Part shown: piece after piece, positions 54,771 to 64,000 of the stretch
Layout: every line of letters begins with the position of its first letter
Numbering within the stretch: the first letter of the stretch is position 1
DNA from: Myxococcales bacterium
Lineage (GTDB): Bacteria; Myxococcota_A; UBA9042; JABWCM01; BTVJ01
Length of the DNA: 64,000 nt
Reading direction: 5' to 3'
Assembly (NCBI GenBank): GCA_045863395.1
Contig: BTVJ01000032.1
Location: forward strand, 1-64,000
Program-made: the position numbers and the translations under genes
The notes under the pieces: generated by a model
The model's database searches: none
The model's input: the letters and a program-made list of their open reading frames with translations, nothing else
What the model was told of the DNA's origin: nothing

Positions 54771-57428
54771 CTATGCCCCGTCCCCATCCGTCACGCCGGG
54801 CCGCAGCGCGCCCGGGTCGTCGCGCACAGTGGCCGCCACGAGGTCGAAGAGTCGGTCGCTGCCGCCGGACACCGCGCGGAGCAGGAAGCGTCTGAACGCG
54901 CCTCGCTCAGCCGCGCGGCGCACCTTCTCCATGGACACACCCTGGTCGAGCAGCGCTCGCAGGGCCGGCCTGAGCAAGTGACGCGCGAGGCGCCGGGAAC
55001 CGGCGGCGTGCGCATGCTCCAGCAAGGTGGTCAGGCCAGCCTCTCCGCGCACGCTCAAGTCGCGCGCGTCGATGCGGTCGAGGAGGTCCGCGTCCACCTG
55101 GAGCCGGGGCATTGCCAGGAGGAGACGCACCAGCGCCGCCGGCGCCACGCGCCCGAGGGCCGCGCGCTCGATGGCGTCCACTTCACCCGCGTGCTCTCCG
55201 GCGACCAGGCGCCAGCCCTCGGCCTTGGGCCAGCGGCTGGCCCTCGCACGCCACGCCGGGTCCGTGGAGGTGAGCAGGACGGCGAGAGGCACCACATCGA
55301 GCGGCGGGGGATCCGCCTCTCCCCACAGCTTCAGGGCGAGCCAGACGTGGGCTTCAGTGGACGCCGCCCGGAAGAGGTCGGACGCCGTGTGCGCCGCGCT
55401 GCCGCGGAGGGCGAGGAGCGGAGCCAGGATGCCTCTCGCGTCGTCCATGTCGAGACGAGGCAGAGCGGCGCCCCGCAGGCAGGCGACAAGGTAGGAGAGT
55501 CCCGGGTCCCCCACCACGCTCGCCGGGTCCACCTGCCTCGCCCAGTCGCGCGCACAGAGCAGGAGCTCCCGTCCACCGTCGGCCGCGGCGAGCAGATCCC
55601 GCGCCACTCCGCGATCCGCTTTGGCCCGCTCCAGGGTCCACTTGCGGCCGACGTCCGACGCCGGGGCGCCACGCGATGCCCGCTCGCGCAGGAGGAGCCG
55701 GGCCCACGGATCACCGACCTCCGCGGCCACGCGGGCGCGCAGATCCCACACGTCCAGCTCACGCTCCACTGTGTGCCAGTCGCGCAGGAGGGCATCGATC
55801 ATGGTCGCCGAGACGGGACCGGCCACACTCCGGGCCAAGGCGACGGCCGCCCGCGCCCCGTGGCGCTCCGGCAGCCGCGCGGCGAGCGCGCCCAGACCCA
55901 CCGCCTCCGCCAGGCGCCAGGCACCCGTGAGGGACCCGCGCGACACGCCCAGGTCCAGCAACCGCGTGACCGTCTCCTCGTCTTCCGGGGCGAAGCACCG
56001 CGCCAGCTCCACGAGGTCTTCGGCGGCGGGCTCGCCATGCGTCAGCGCGCGCGCCGCTCGCCACGCCCCCGTGTCCAGCTCCGCGGCCCACGCCCGGTCG
56101 CTCCGCCGCCCGTGCTGGGACCGCAGCGCCGCCCACGCGAGGCGCCCCTGGGCCAGCTCTCTCCACCGCCGCACCCACTCCGCGTCCCCCGCGGCGGGCG
56201 CGGCGAGACCCTCCACCTGCCCCGGCGGCACGCGGTCCAGGAGCCGCGCCACGCGCTGCGCGGCCTCCTCCGCCGCGTCCAGGTGCTCGCTCCGGACGTC
56301 GTCGAGTAGCTCCGGCGCAGCGCCCGCGTGCACCTGCACCGTCCCCAGGAGCACGCCCAGCGCGCGCACGGACCGAGAGGTCTCCGCCGCACGGCGCCAC
56401 GCCTCGGCCCACTCGGGTCCCCGCGTGCCAGCGAGCGCGGCCGCTCGCTGACCCCGGGGCGCAGTCGCCACCGCGTGGAGCGCGTCCAGGTGCAGCATGG
56501 TCACCTCGACGCGCGCCGCCGCTCCGCAATGGAGCGACCTGCGGAGCCCATCGATGTGGTCCAGGTCCTGGGCCAGCTCCGCGGCGCGCCTCGCGGCGAC
56601 GGGCCATGGGTCGCCAGGCGAGAGCCGGAGCCCCCCCAGGGCAGCGTCGACGCGCTCGCACAGCTCCCGCAGGGTCGTCGCGCCCGCACCGATCCGTGCG
56701 ACGTGCTCCGCGTAAGCAAGCCCTGGGAGCGCCGCCTCGTCCGCCCCGCGCAGCACACCGTCGACGATGGATACTCCGGTGGCCACCGCCTCCCCGAACC
56801 CGATTGCCACCGCGTCCGTGACCCGCGCGAGACCAGCCCCGAAGGGCACCCTCCACGCCACTTCCCGGGGGAGGCAGGCGAGCACCACCGCCGTGCGCTC
56901 CAACTGCGCCTCGACCGCGCCCCGGTCCCGGATCCCCACGGCAAGCCCCGACGCCACCACCGCCAGCAGCAGGCGCACCTGCTCCGCCCACCCATCGGGC
57001 AGCGCGATGTCGGTGGGGGACACCACCAGCGGGGGTGCGGCGGGGTCCACCACAACCGGAGGCTCCGGCGACAGCGGGACCGCGGGCAGCAGGGCGCGGT
57101 CCCACGCATCAGGCCGGCACACGCCGTAGTGCGCCTCCGTGTAGAGGCGTCCCGGCGCGCCCTCTCCGGCCTCCGAGCGCCCTCGGATGCGCCCCACCAC
57201 CACCACACCCTCCACCGCGGCACCCACCACCCCACCGTCCGGCCACCGGTAGTGGTCCCACGTGAAGCCCGCCCCACCACCGAGGCCCAGGCGGTCGGGG
57301 CGGCACCACCGCACCACCTCTGCGGTCACGCCCGGGGACCGGACCGTGCAGCCGTGGTCGCACCCCGGGACGATGGGTCCCCGAGGGCTCTGCACCAGCT
57401 TTCCGTAGCGGACTTGCAGGAGCTCCAT
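54771..57428 (-). CDS. GTPase-associated (GAP1-N-like) large helical protein
   Basis: Directly downstream of the GTPase (7 bp). The N-terminal Q..YG..SPG..GR.Y.EAHY pattern resembles GAP1-N domains by eye; the rest is Ala/Arg-rich helical sequence. Confidence 0.55.
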   Translation of the reverse strand: MELLQVRYGKLVQSPRGPIVPGCDHGCTVRSPGVTAEVVRWCRPDRLGLGGGAGFTWDHYRWPDGGVVGAAVEGVVVVGRIRGRSEAGEGAPGRLYTEAHYGVCRPDAWDRALLPAVPLSPEPPVVVDPAAPPLVVSPTDIALPDGWAEQVRLLLAVVASGLAVGIRDRGAVEAQLERTAVVLACLPREVAWRVPFGAGLARVTDAVAIGFGEAVATGVSIVDGVLRGADEAALPGLAYAEHVARIGAGATTLRELCERVDAALGGLRLSPGDPWPVAARRAAELAQDLDHIDGLRRSLHCGAAARVEVTMLHLDALHAVATAPRGQRAAALAGTRGPEWAEAWRRAAETSRSVRALGVLLGTVQVHAGAAPELLDDVRSEHLDAAEEAAQRVARLLDRVPPGQVEGLAAPAAGDAEWVRRWRELAQGRLAWAALRSQHGRRSDRAWAAELDTGAWRAARALTHGEPAAEDLVELARCFAPEDEETVTRLLDLGVSRGSLTGAWRLAEAVGLGALAARLPERHGARAAVALARSVAGPVSATMIDALLRDWHTVERELDVWDLRARVAAEVGDPWARLLLRERASRGAPASDVGRKWTLERAKADRGVARDLLAAADGGRELLLCARDWARQVDPASVVGDPGLSYLVACLRGAALPRLDMDDARGILAPLLALRGSAAHTASDLFRAASTEAHVWLALKLWGEADPPPLDVVPLAVLLTSTDPAWRARASRWPKAEGWRLVAGEHAGEVDAIERAALGRVAPAALVRLLLAMPRLQVDADLLDRIDARDLSVRGEAGLTTLLEHAHAAGSRRLARHLLRPALRALLDQGVSMEKVRRAAERGAFRRFLLRAVSGGSDRLFDLVAATVRDDPGALRPGVTDGDGA

Positions 57429-57435
57429 GGGCACC

Positions 57436-58326
57436 TCACGCCGGCATGCAGAAGACGCCCTCGGCCTTGCCCGTGGCGGCGAACACGAAGGGGTCGAGCA
57501 CCTGGAAGGGCTGCCAGAGAGCAGCCGCTTTGGGGAACCCGCAGGAGGGCGCGGTGTGCCTGAGACCGCCGGTCTGCGGGTTGAAGTTGGGCGCGCCCTC
57601 GGCGAACCCGAACACGGAGGTCCAGCAGACCCCGAGCAGGGTGGGCTTGCGGCAGAGCAGCTCCAGGGATCGGAGCCCGGCGGGCGCCATCAGGCTGCGC
57701 AGCACCGAGACGGGGTCACTGGAGCGCGCCTGGGAGAGCGCGCGTGGTCCGTGCGCCTGGAAGTGCTTGTCCGCCTTGGTCAGGCACACCACCACGCGCT
57801 CGAGGGGGGACTGGCGGCGCTGGATCACCTCCTCGAGCAGCGCCGGCAGCTCCACGAAGAACGTGGGCAGGTCCTCCGGGTTGGTCGGATCCACGCACAG
57901 GATGAAGCCCCGCGCGCGGGACAGCTCGGACAAGAGCCGCTCCCGGTGGGCGTCCTCCACGTCGGCGTCCAGGGACGCACGGCCCACCTGAGGGAGCAGG
58001 CTCGCCCCCGGCCCATCCAGCAGCTCGAAGCGCGTCTCCGATGCGTCGGTCCTGCCGAACAGCCGCCGGCGCGTCGTGCGCAGCGAGAAGGAGTACCGGC
58101 ACACGTCGAGGGTGCCGTCGACCGGCGGCAATCCCTCCTGGCGCGTCAGCCCCACGCCATAGGTCCGCAGGAGCTGCATCATCTCCTTGTTGGGCGTCAC
58201 GATGTCGTGGGACAGGTCTCCTTCCTGCGCCACGTTGCGCGCGGCGATCTGCAGCGCGCCCACCATCATGGTCTTGCCCGACTTGGACGGGCCGAGCACT
58301 CCGTATCCGCGCGACTCCAGCGCCAT
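57436..58326 (-). CDS. TRAFAC-class P-loop GTPase
   Basis: G1 GPSKSGKT, G2 DGT, G3 LLDGPG, G4 LTKAD, G5-like TSVFG, C-terminal WQPFQVLDPF; GGAGGAGG RBS. Confidence 0.85.
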   Translation of the reverse strand: MALESRGYGVLGPSKSGKTMMVGALQIAARNVAQEGDLSHDIVTPNKEMMQLLRTYGVGLTRQEGLPPVDGTLDVCRYSFSLRTTRRRLFGRTDASETRFELLDGPGASLLPQVGRASLDADVEDAHRERLLSELSRARGFILCVDPTNPEDLPTFFVELPALLEEVIQRRQSPLERVVVCLTKADKHFQAHGPRALSQARSSDPVSVLRSLMAPAGLRSLELLCRKPTLLGVCWTSVFGFAEGAPNFNPQTGGLRHTAPSCGFPKAAALWQPFQVLDPFVFAATGKAEGVFCMPA

Positions 58327-58356
58327 GGGGCCTCCTCCGTGGGTCAGGGGTGGGGG

Positions 58357-59112
58357 TCAGCGACGGTCCAGCGACCGCAACGACCGCTTGATCTCCTCCA
58401 GCAGGTCGATGGCCCGGGAGAGACCATCGTCGATGACGGCCTCGTCGCCGCCCTCCGCCGGAAGGAGGCGGGGAACGAGGTCCTCCACGACCTCGCCTAT
58501 TCGCAGAAGCTCCGCCCGGGTCATGTCCACGCTCCCTGGCACTCCCCGGCGACGCCTGAGCGCGGCGGTGACGTCTCCGCGCAGGCGGTGCATTCGCCGG
58601 TGGCACAGATCGCGGATCCCCATCAAGTGCGTTCGGACCGGGTGCTGGAGGCTCAGACTCGCCCGCGCCGCCAGCAGGGCGTCGTCCACGCGCAGCCATG
58701 TGCGTACGAGCGCGCCCAGCTCAGTGCGGAGGCCCTGCTGGTCACGCCACCACGGCGGAAAGAAGATCACCCAGGCGACCGCCCGATCCTCCTCGGAGTC
58801 TCGCGGGCTCGTGCGGGTGGTCAGCGCCGCCCAGGTGATCAGGCCGGCGCACAGCGTGACGCCAGCGAGCCAGACCCAGGGCCACTCGCCGATGAGGCCC
58901 ACCGACACGAGGACGACGCCCGGAGACAGCCCGACGAGGATGCGCCCGAGCAGATATCCGAGGAGCATCGCCTTGAACCCCGCGTCGCGTGCCGCGCGGC
59001 TCAGCTCCCGCCACGCGGTCTCGATACCTGCCGAGACCTGCGCGAGCACGGTCATCAGCCGCGCGGCCAGGTCGTTTGCCAGCCTCACCAGCGATCCGAG
59101 CCAGTCTCCCAT
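58357..59112 (-). CDS. Membrane protein (2 TM) between the PspA-like gene and the GTPase
   Basis: AGGAG before ATG 59112; hydrophobic hairpin LLGYLLG..VGLIG / WVWLAGVTLCAGLITWAAL. Confidence 0.7.
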   Translation of the reverse strand: MGDWLGSLVRLANDLAARLMTVLAQVSAGIETAWRELSRAARDAGFKAMLLGYLLGRILVGLSPGVVLVSVGLIGEWPWVWLAGVTLCAGLITWAALTTRTSPRDSEEDRAVAWVIFFPPWWRDQQGLRTELGALVRTWLRVDDALLAARASLSLQHPVRTHLMGIRDLCHRRMHRLRGDVTAALRRRRGVPGSVDMTRAELLRIGEVVEDLVPRLLPAEGGDEAVIDDGLSRAIDLLEEIKRSLRSLDRR

Positions 59113-59166
59113 CGGTAACTCCTGTCCTGTGAGCATCGCTGTCGGTCTCGCCCACCGCCGTGCCAG

Positions 59167-59856
59167 CTACTTCTCTCGCCTCTGCGCCCTGTCGAGGATG
59201 GCGCTCAGCGGATCCGCCGCCAGGGACCCGCGTTCCCCGGCCAGCTCCGCCAGCAGCGCGTCGGCCTCGTCTCCGCCGCCACTCTCGCCCGGGAACGCCC
59301 AGGGGTCGGCGTCCAGGTCTCGCCACGCCTCCTCTTGAGACTCCAGCCGCTCCACCCCTTCGAGGAGCGGGCCCCTCCAGTCCGCCTCGCCGACCCGCCC
59401 CAGGCCGTCCGCGGACTCACGCAGGTGGAACGCGGCGCCGGCCCGCGCCTCTCGCGCGTCCGCCCACGCCACCTCCAGCTCCGCCTGCCGCGCCTCCGCG
59501 TCCAGCGCGTCGAGCTGCCGCTCCAGGTCTGCGACCCGGGCCCGATGCTCCCGGGCCCGCGCCGCCAGCTCCGCCGCGCGCCTCCGGTGCACGACGGCCC
59601 GCTCCGCGGCCAGGCGGGCCGCCACGGCGTCTCCTTGGTCAAGAGCGGTGCCCGCCGCGGTCCGCTGAACCCCCTCCTTGTGGCGTTCCGCGTCCAAGTC
59701 CCGCTCCACCAACGCCAGGTGCGCCATGGCCACGGCCACATGCTGGGACCCGTCGCGGTGCCGCCCCCTCACCTCCTCGACGAAGCGCCGCGCCCGCTCC
59801 CGCGGGTCCACCACGGCCTTCCTCCGTCTCCACCACGCGGCGACTCGCCTCCACAT
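59167..59856 (-). CDS. PspA/IM30 (ESCRT-III-like) family protein, divergent
   Basis: AGGAGG RBS; amphipathic N-terminus MWRRVAAWW; DP motif; long coiled coil with A..AL..GD..AAR.A hairpin; C-terminal DALLAEL; 229 aa. Confidence 0.7.
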   Translation of the reverse strand: MWRRVAAWWRRRKAVVDPRERARRFVEEVRGRHRDGSQHVAVAMAHLALVERDLDAERHKEGVQRTAAGTALDQGDAVAARLAAERAVVHRRRAAELAARAREHRARVADLERQLDALDAEARQAELEVAWADAREARAGAAFHLRESADGLGRVGEADWRGPLLEGVERLESQEEAWRDLDADPWAFPGESGGGDEADALLAELAGERGSLAADPLSAILDRAQRREK

Positions 59857-60047
59857 GGGTCGTCCTCCTGGGTCACGGCTATCGGAGAGACTCGACCGCA
59901 GCGCATCTGACACGAGTCTCACGTTCCGACCGGGAAGGCGGACATCTCCGTCGGCACCGGGCCGGACGGCACTGAGCCGAACACTCCGGACGAAGGAGAG
60001 CCCTGGTCCCGGCTGCGCTGACAGCGTTCGGCGAACGAACTTCACGG

Positions 60048-60076
60048 TTGACAATCCGAGCCAATCGCGCTGTGCT
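60048..60076 (+). promoter_or_regulatory. Putative sigma70-type promoter in the divergent intergenic region
   Basis: TTGACA-17 nt-TGTGCT, about 60 bp upstream of ATG 60137. Confidence 0.4.
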
Positions 60077-60136
60077 ACGGCTCCGACGAACCCACCCCGG
60101 GGGACTCAGCAGCCTACTTGCATGGAGGGAACCACC

Positions 60137-60793
60137 ATGGCGACGACAGTCCGCGAGATCGCAGGCTTCCTGGACGAACGCGGGATCAAGTACGACATCA
60201 AGGGAGACTCCCGCATCGTGACCGGCTTCCGCACCAAGTCCTTCACCAACGTGGAGGGCGAGAAGTCCATCGTGGTCGTGATCCTGCTCCAGGAAGATGG
60301 CCGATACTTCCAGGTGTACGCGCCTCTGGCCATGCGCGCGGAGGGGCCCCACCAGGAGGCCTTCATGAAGGCCTGCATGGCCGTGCAGTGGAAGACCAAG
60401 CTCATCCAGTTCGAGATGGATCCCCAGGACGGCGAGATCCGCCCGACCGTGGAGTTCCCCCTGGAGGATGCGCCCCTCACGGCGGCCCAGCTCCACCGGA
60501 GCATCGGGGGCCTGATCACGCTGCTGGAGGAGTACTACCCGGTGCTGGAGAAGGCCCTGAAGACCGGGCAGGTCGAGTTCCCCGAGGAACCCCAGGACCG
60601 CATGATGCGCATGCTCCAGGAGATGATGAGGACGGTGGACCCCCTCCGGATGCAGCTCGCGGCGACGGTGGCGCGCATCACGGAGCTTCGTGAGACCGGC
60701 GGAGATGCCGTGACCATCGGAGTGCTGGAGCGGGAGGCGCAGCGGCTCCAGGCGGCCATCGCTGCCTCGTCGGGGGGACCAACGGAGCTATAG
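60137..60793 (+). CDS. YbjN/type III secretion chaperone-like protein
   Basis: GGAGG RBS; I..FLD..G..Y, I.L.EDG.Y, K.IQFE.D..DGEIR..VEFPLEDA.LT..Q pattern; helical tail. Confidence 0.7.
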   Translation: MATTVREIAGFLDERGIKYDIKGDSRIVTGFRTKSFTNVEGEKSIVVVILLQEDGRYFQVYAPLAMRAEGPHQEAFMKACMAVQWKTKLIQFEMDPQDGEIRPTVEFPLEDAPLTAAQLHRSIGGLITLLEEYYPVLEKALKTGQVEFPEEPQDRMMRMLQEMMRTVDPLRMQLAATVARITELRETGGDAVTIGVLEREAQRLQAAIAASSGGPTEL

Positions 60794-60844
60794 GGACGCC
60801 GGTGAAACCGGGGGGGGCATCCAACAGCATCGTGAGGAGTCCAC

Positions 60845-63800
60845 GTGGCCGAGATTCACGCAACGACCCGGAGCATCCTCGCCTGGGCCAAGCGCGCGGC
60901 GCTGGCCGCCAGGCGCGACTCGCTGACCCTACCCGACCTGCTGTGCGGCCTCTACGCCGTGCGGGAGGACACCACCGTGGCGCCGCTGCTCGCAGGGCGA
61001 GCGCAGCACTGGGCCGACCCAGTGGTCTCTGGGTGGGAGAGCGCGGCCGGAGTCGACGAGACGGACCGCAAGTTTCCCCTGGACGACGTGGTCCGAGACT
61101 TGGTGCGCCGGGTCCACGACAAGGACCCGGCGCTTCCCCCGGCGCTCCTGCTGGAGGAGCTGCTCAGGCACGGCGAGGCCTTCCAGCGGCCGGCGGAGCG
61201 GGCGCTCTCGCCCATGCTCCGGCGCCTGGACGAAGCTCGGGATCTGGCGGACCGTCTGGTCGCTGCGCTGAAGGAGCGCGTCTTCGGCCAGGACCAGGCG
61301 ATCCGCGCCCTGGGGGAGGCCGCCTTCCACGCGACCGTCTCACCACCTTCCCAGGGTCCCCGCGGCGTGCTCACCTTCCTCGGGCCCTCCGGCGTCGGCA
61401 AGACCTGGCTCGCCGAGTGCTTCGCCGAGGAGCTGGCGCGCATCCGGGGTGAAGCCATCGGCTTCCGCCGGTTCGACATGGGCACCTTCGGTGGCCCACA
61501 GAACTTCGAGCAGCTCTTCGGCACGGAGCAGTTCTACAAGGGGAGCCGCCCGGGGACCTTGACCGGGTTCGCGAAGGACACCCCCCGCGCCGTCATCGTC
61601 CTCGACGAGCTGGAGAAGGCCCACCCGACGACCCTGCAGGCGCTGTTGGCGGTGTTCGACAAAGGAGAGGTGGTCGACAAGGCGCTGGAGCGCCCCGTGG
61701 ACTTCCGCGGCACGTGGTTCATCGTGACGACCAACCTGGGGCAGCAGCTCTTCGCGGGCCCCAACAGCGCTGGCGTGCTCCACGCCGGCGGCGCGTCCCC
61801 GGAGCTGGTCTACGACATCCTGACCGCGCGGGGCGAGGCGGGCGCAGAGGGCTCTACGCCCGGCCTGCCGCCCGAGCTGGTCTCGCGGTTGGCGAAGGGA
61901 GGCGCCGTGGCGCTCGGTGCGCTGGAGACACGTCACACCTTGCGCATCGTGGGGCGGGCGTGCGAGACGGCGTCGGACACCCCCAGCGTCCGCCCGTCCC
62001 GCGATGCGGCGTTCATGCTCCTCCTGTCGCTGCTCCCCCAGCTCGACGCCCGCCGGGTGGCCGCCCGCACCTCCACCTGGGCCTCGGAGCTGGTGCGCGG
62101 GGCCCACCAGGTGTGTCGCAGCGAGCTGCACGCCGCCAACCCCGAGCGCCTGTCGGTGCGCGTGGAGGTGGTGGGCGAAGCCGCGGCGTGGCTGCGCGCG
62201 CGCCTGGAAGCCCCGAGGCTCCGGGTGCTGGTCGTCGACGACGGAGACGATGTGCGGCGCCTCGTCGCGGCGGAGCTGGGGGCAAGCGTCGAGGTGCAGC
62301 GAGCCACGTCCGGGGAGGCGGTTGCCCTGGCCCAGCGCCTGCGGCCCGATGTGGTGCTCCTGGACCTGTGCATCGACCAACCCCAGAGCAGCGCTGTGGT
62401 CACGGGCGGCGACGCCGTGCTGGAGGCGCTGCGCACAGCGCTGCCCTGGCTCCCCGTCGTGCTCTTCAGCGAGAACGTGGATGGGCGCGGCGCCTTCGAG
62501 TCAGTCGTCGCGCGCGTGCTCGCACGGGGCGGCGCCCGCGCCTTCATCCCGCTCCGCCGGGACCACACGGACCCGCTCGCCGCCGAGGATCTGGTCGCGC
62601 GGGTGCGGGCGGTGGTGGACGATGTGCTGCTCGACCGGGTCCTCCGCGAGCAGGTCCGGGCCCACAAGGCGGTGCGGCTTCGGACGGAGTTCGCGTGGGA
62701 CGCCGGGGCCACCGAGGTGGTCGCCCGCATCGTCGGGGTCTCCGAGCAGGTGGCCATCGCCGCTGCCGACCGCTCCGCGTCCATCCGCTTCGCCGGCATC
62801 CCCACCGACCGCCTCGACGACCTCGTCGGGCTGGAGCGCGCGCGGCGACGCCTGCGCCAGGTCGTGCGCTGGCTGTCCGACCCGAGCACCCTCGAAGCCT
62901 TCGGCGCACGCCCGCCGCGGGGCTTCTTGTTGGCAGGTCCTCCCGGGACGGGAAAGACGATGCTCGCCCGCGCCCTGGCCGGCGAGGCGGGGCTGCCGTT
63001 TCTGGCCATGTCGGCCGGCGAGCTCCAGTCCAAGTGGGTGGGGGAGTCGGAGGAGCGCATCCGCGAGCTCTTCCAACGCGCCCAGGCCTACGCCCCGGCC
63101 ATCGTGTTCATCGACGAGATCGACGCCGTGGCGGGGCGCCGGGGCGAGGTCGCGACCCACGCCCACTCGGTGCTCAACCAGCTCCTCGCGTGCATGGACG
63201 GCTTCCAGGTGGCCGACCGCTCGGTGTTCGTGCTCGCCGCCACCAACCACCCCGAGGGGCTCGACCCCGCCATCCGGCGCCCGGGGCGCTTCGACGAGGT
63301 CATCGCGGTGGAGCGACCCAACGCGGCCGCCCGGCAGACCTTCTTCGAGCGCCGCCTGGCCCCCCTCGACGTGAGCGGGGCCGATCTGCCCCGGCTGGTG
63401 CGTGCCACGGCCGGTTTGACTCCGGCGGAGCTGGACCGCATCGCCCGCGAGGCGGCCTACGCGGCGGCGGCCGACGGGCGGCAGAGACTGGAGGGAGCCG
63501 ACCTCCTCGACGCCGCCCGCCTGGTGCGCTTCGGCGCCGAGCGAGAGGACCTGCAGGTGCGCCCCGACGAGCTGCGCGTGACCGCCTGGCACGAGGCGGG
63601 CCACGCGGTAGCCCACCTGACCCTGCTCCCCGATGATCCCATCGAGCTCCTGACCATCGTTCCCAATGAGCGGGGCGCCCTCGGCTTCCTGGCATCGCAG
63701 CGGGACGAGGCACGGCACGACCTGACGCGGGACCGGGTCCGGCGTCAGCTGGTCGTCGCACTCGCTGGGCGCGAGGCCGAGCGCCGCCTGGGCGGCGACG

Positions 63801-64000
63801 ACGCATTGACCGCGGGCGCCCGCAGCGACCTGGAGCAAGCGACCCGCCTCGCGGCGGCGGCCGTCGGGGAGTGGGGCTTCGACGAGGCGGTGGGCCCCCT
63901 GTTCGCGCCGGCCCTCGGAGACCCGGCCCTGGTGCGACGCCGCGCCCGCGTGTGGCTCGCAGAGGCAGCCCAGGCGGCGAAGGCGCTCCTCGACGAGCGC
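60845..64000 (+). CDS. Fusion of ClpN-like, ClpB D2-type AAA+, receiver (REC), FtsH-type AAA+ and M41 peptidase domains (3' end beyond window)
   Basis: Absent from the ORF track because no stop lies in the window. GAGGAG then GTG 60845; one frame carries RVFGQDQAI, FLGPSGVGKT, LDELEKAHP, VLVVDD..PDVVLLDL, GPPGTGKTMLARALAGE, FIDEIDA, RPGRFD and AWHEAGH. No TM segment seen. Confidence 0.88.
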   Translation, partial: MAEIHATTRSILAWAKRAALAARRDSLTLPDLLCGLYAVREDTTVAPLLAGRAQHWADPVVSGWESAAGVDETDRKFPLDDVVRDLVRRVHDKDPALPPALLLEELLRHGEAFQRPAERALSPMLRRLDEARDLADRLVAALKERVFGQDQAIRALGEAAFHATVSPPSQGPRGVLTFLGPSGVGKTWLAECFAEELARIRGEAIGFRRFDMGTFGGPQNFEQLFGTEQFYKGSRPGTLTGFAKDTPRAVIVLDELEKAHPTTLQALLAVFDKGEVVDKALERPVDFRGTWFIVTTNLGQQLFAGPNSAGVLHAGGASPELVYDILTARGEAGAEGSTPGLPPELVSRLAKGGAVALGALETRHTLRIVGRACETASDTPSVRPSRDAAFMLLLSLLPQLDARRVAARTSTWASELVRGAHQVCRSELHAANPERLSVRVEVVGEAAAWLRARLEAPRLRVLVVDDGDDVRRLVAAELGASVEVQRATSGEAVALAQRLRPDVVLLDLCIDQPQSSAVVTGGDAVLEALRTALPWLPVVLFSENVDGRGAFESVVARVLARGGARAFIPLRRDHTDPLAAEDLVARVRAVVDDVLLDRVLREQVRAHKAVRLRTEFAWDAGATEVVARIVGVSEQVAIAAADRSASIRFAGIPTDRLDDLVGLERARRRLRQVVRWLSDPSTLEAFGARPPRGFLLAGPPGTGKTMLARALAGEAGLPFLAMSAGELQSKWVGESEERIRELFQRAQAYAPAIVFIDEIDAVAGRRGEVATHAHSVLNQLLACMDGFQVADRSVFVLAATNHPEGLDPAIRRPGRFDEVIAVERPNAAARQTFFERRLAPLDVSGADLPRLVRATAGLTPAELDRIAREAAYAAAADGRQRLEGADLLDAARLVRFGAEREDLQVRPDELRVTAWHEAGHAVAHLTLLPDDPIELLTIVPNERGALGFLASQRDEARHDLTRDRVRRQLVVALAGREAERRLGGDDALTAGARSDLEQATRLAAAAVGEWGFDEAVGPLFAPALGDPALVRRRARVWLAEAAQAAKALLDER

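Noticed and set aside
61714..63636. ORFs 61714-63636 and 61917-63374 (+)
   Set aside because: They are alternative frames; the AAA/REC/M41 motifs lie in the frame starting at 60845.
60845..64000. Housekeeping ftsH or clpB
   Set aside because: It has no N-terminal TM helices, only a D2-type Clp module, and an inserted REC domain, so no gene symbol was assigned.

Overview
A 64 kb very GC-rich bacterial window. Gene content (PEGA/FGE proteins, Cys-rich repeats, SWIM-SNF2) suggests Myxococcota or a related deltaproteobacterium, which is an inference. No rRNA, tRNA, CRISPR array, transposase or reverse transcriptase was recognised. From left to right: (1) a secreted caspase-like/PEGA/FGE protein whose 3' end looks like a diversity-generating-retroelement (DGR) variable region; (2) an AAA/DUF4143 ATPase, two lipoproteins, a eukaryote-like N-terminal glutamine amidohydrolase (NTAQ1/WDYHV family) directly behind an hcrCAB-like molybdoenzyme, an M23 peptidase, an ATP-grasp protein and a SWIM-SNF2 helicase; (3) a minus-strand operon of vWA protein, tubulin/FtsZ-like protein, membrane protein and a membrane-anchored degenerate helicase-DUF1998-zinc peptidase fusion; (4) two abutting, fully fold-back MITE-like elements delimited by TTA; (5) an M48 protease/VirD4-HerA-like ATPase cluster; (6) an ECF-sigma-like fusion, a Lon-type Ser-Lys protease with TPR-like tail, a metallophosphoesterase and a Zn ribbon; (7) a ~13 kb minus-strand run of PspA-like, membrane, GTPase, GAP1-like, HEPN-TPR-CHAT, Nudix, FGE, lipoprotein and prenyltransferase-repeat-HEPN genes, divergent from a YbjN-like gene and a ClpB-AAA/REC/FtsH-M41 fusion that runs off the window. 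Roughly 20-64 kb looks like an accessory island rich in proteolysis and conflict modules. All family calls come from motifs read by eye; no database search was run.
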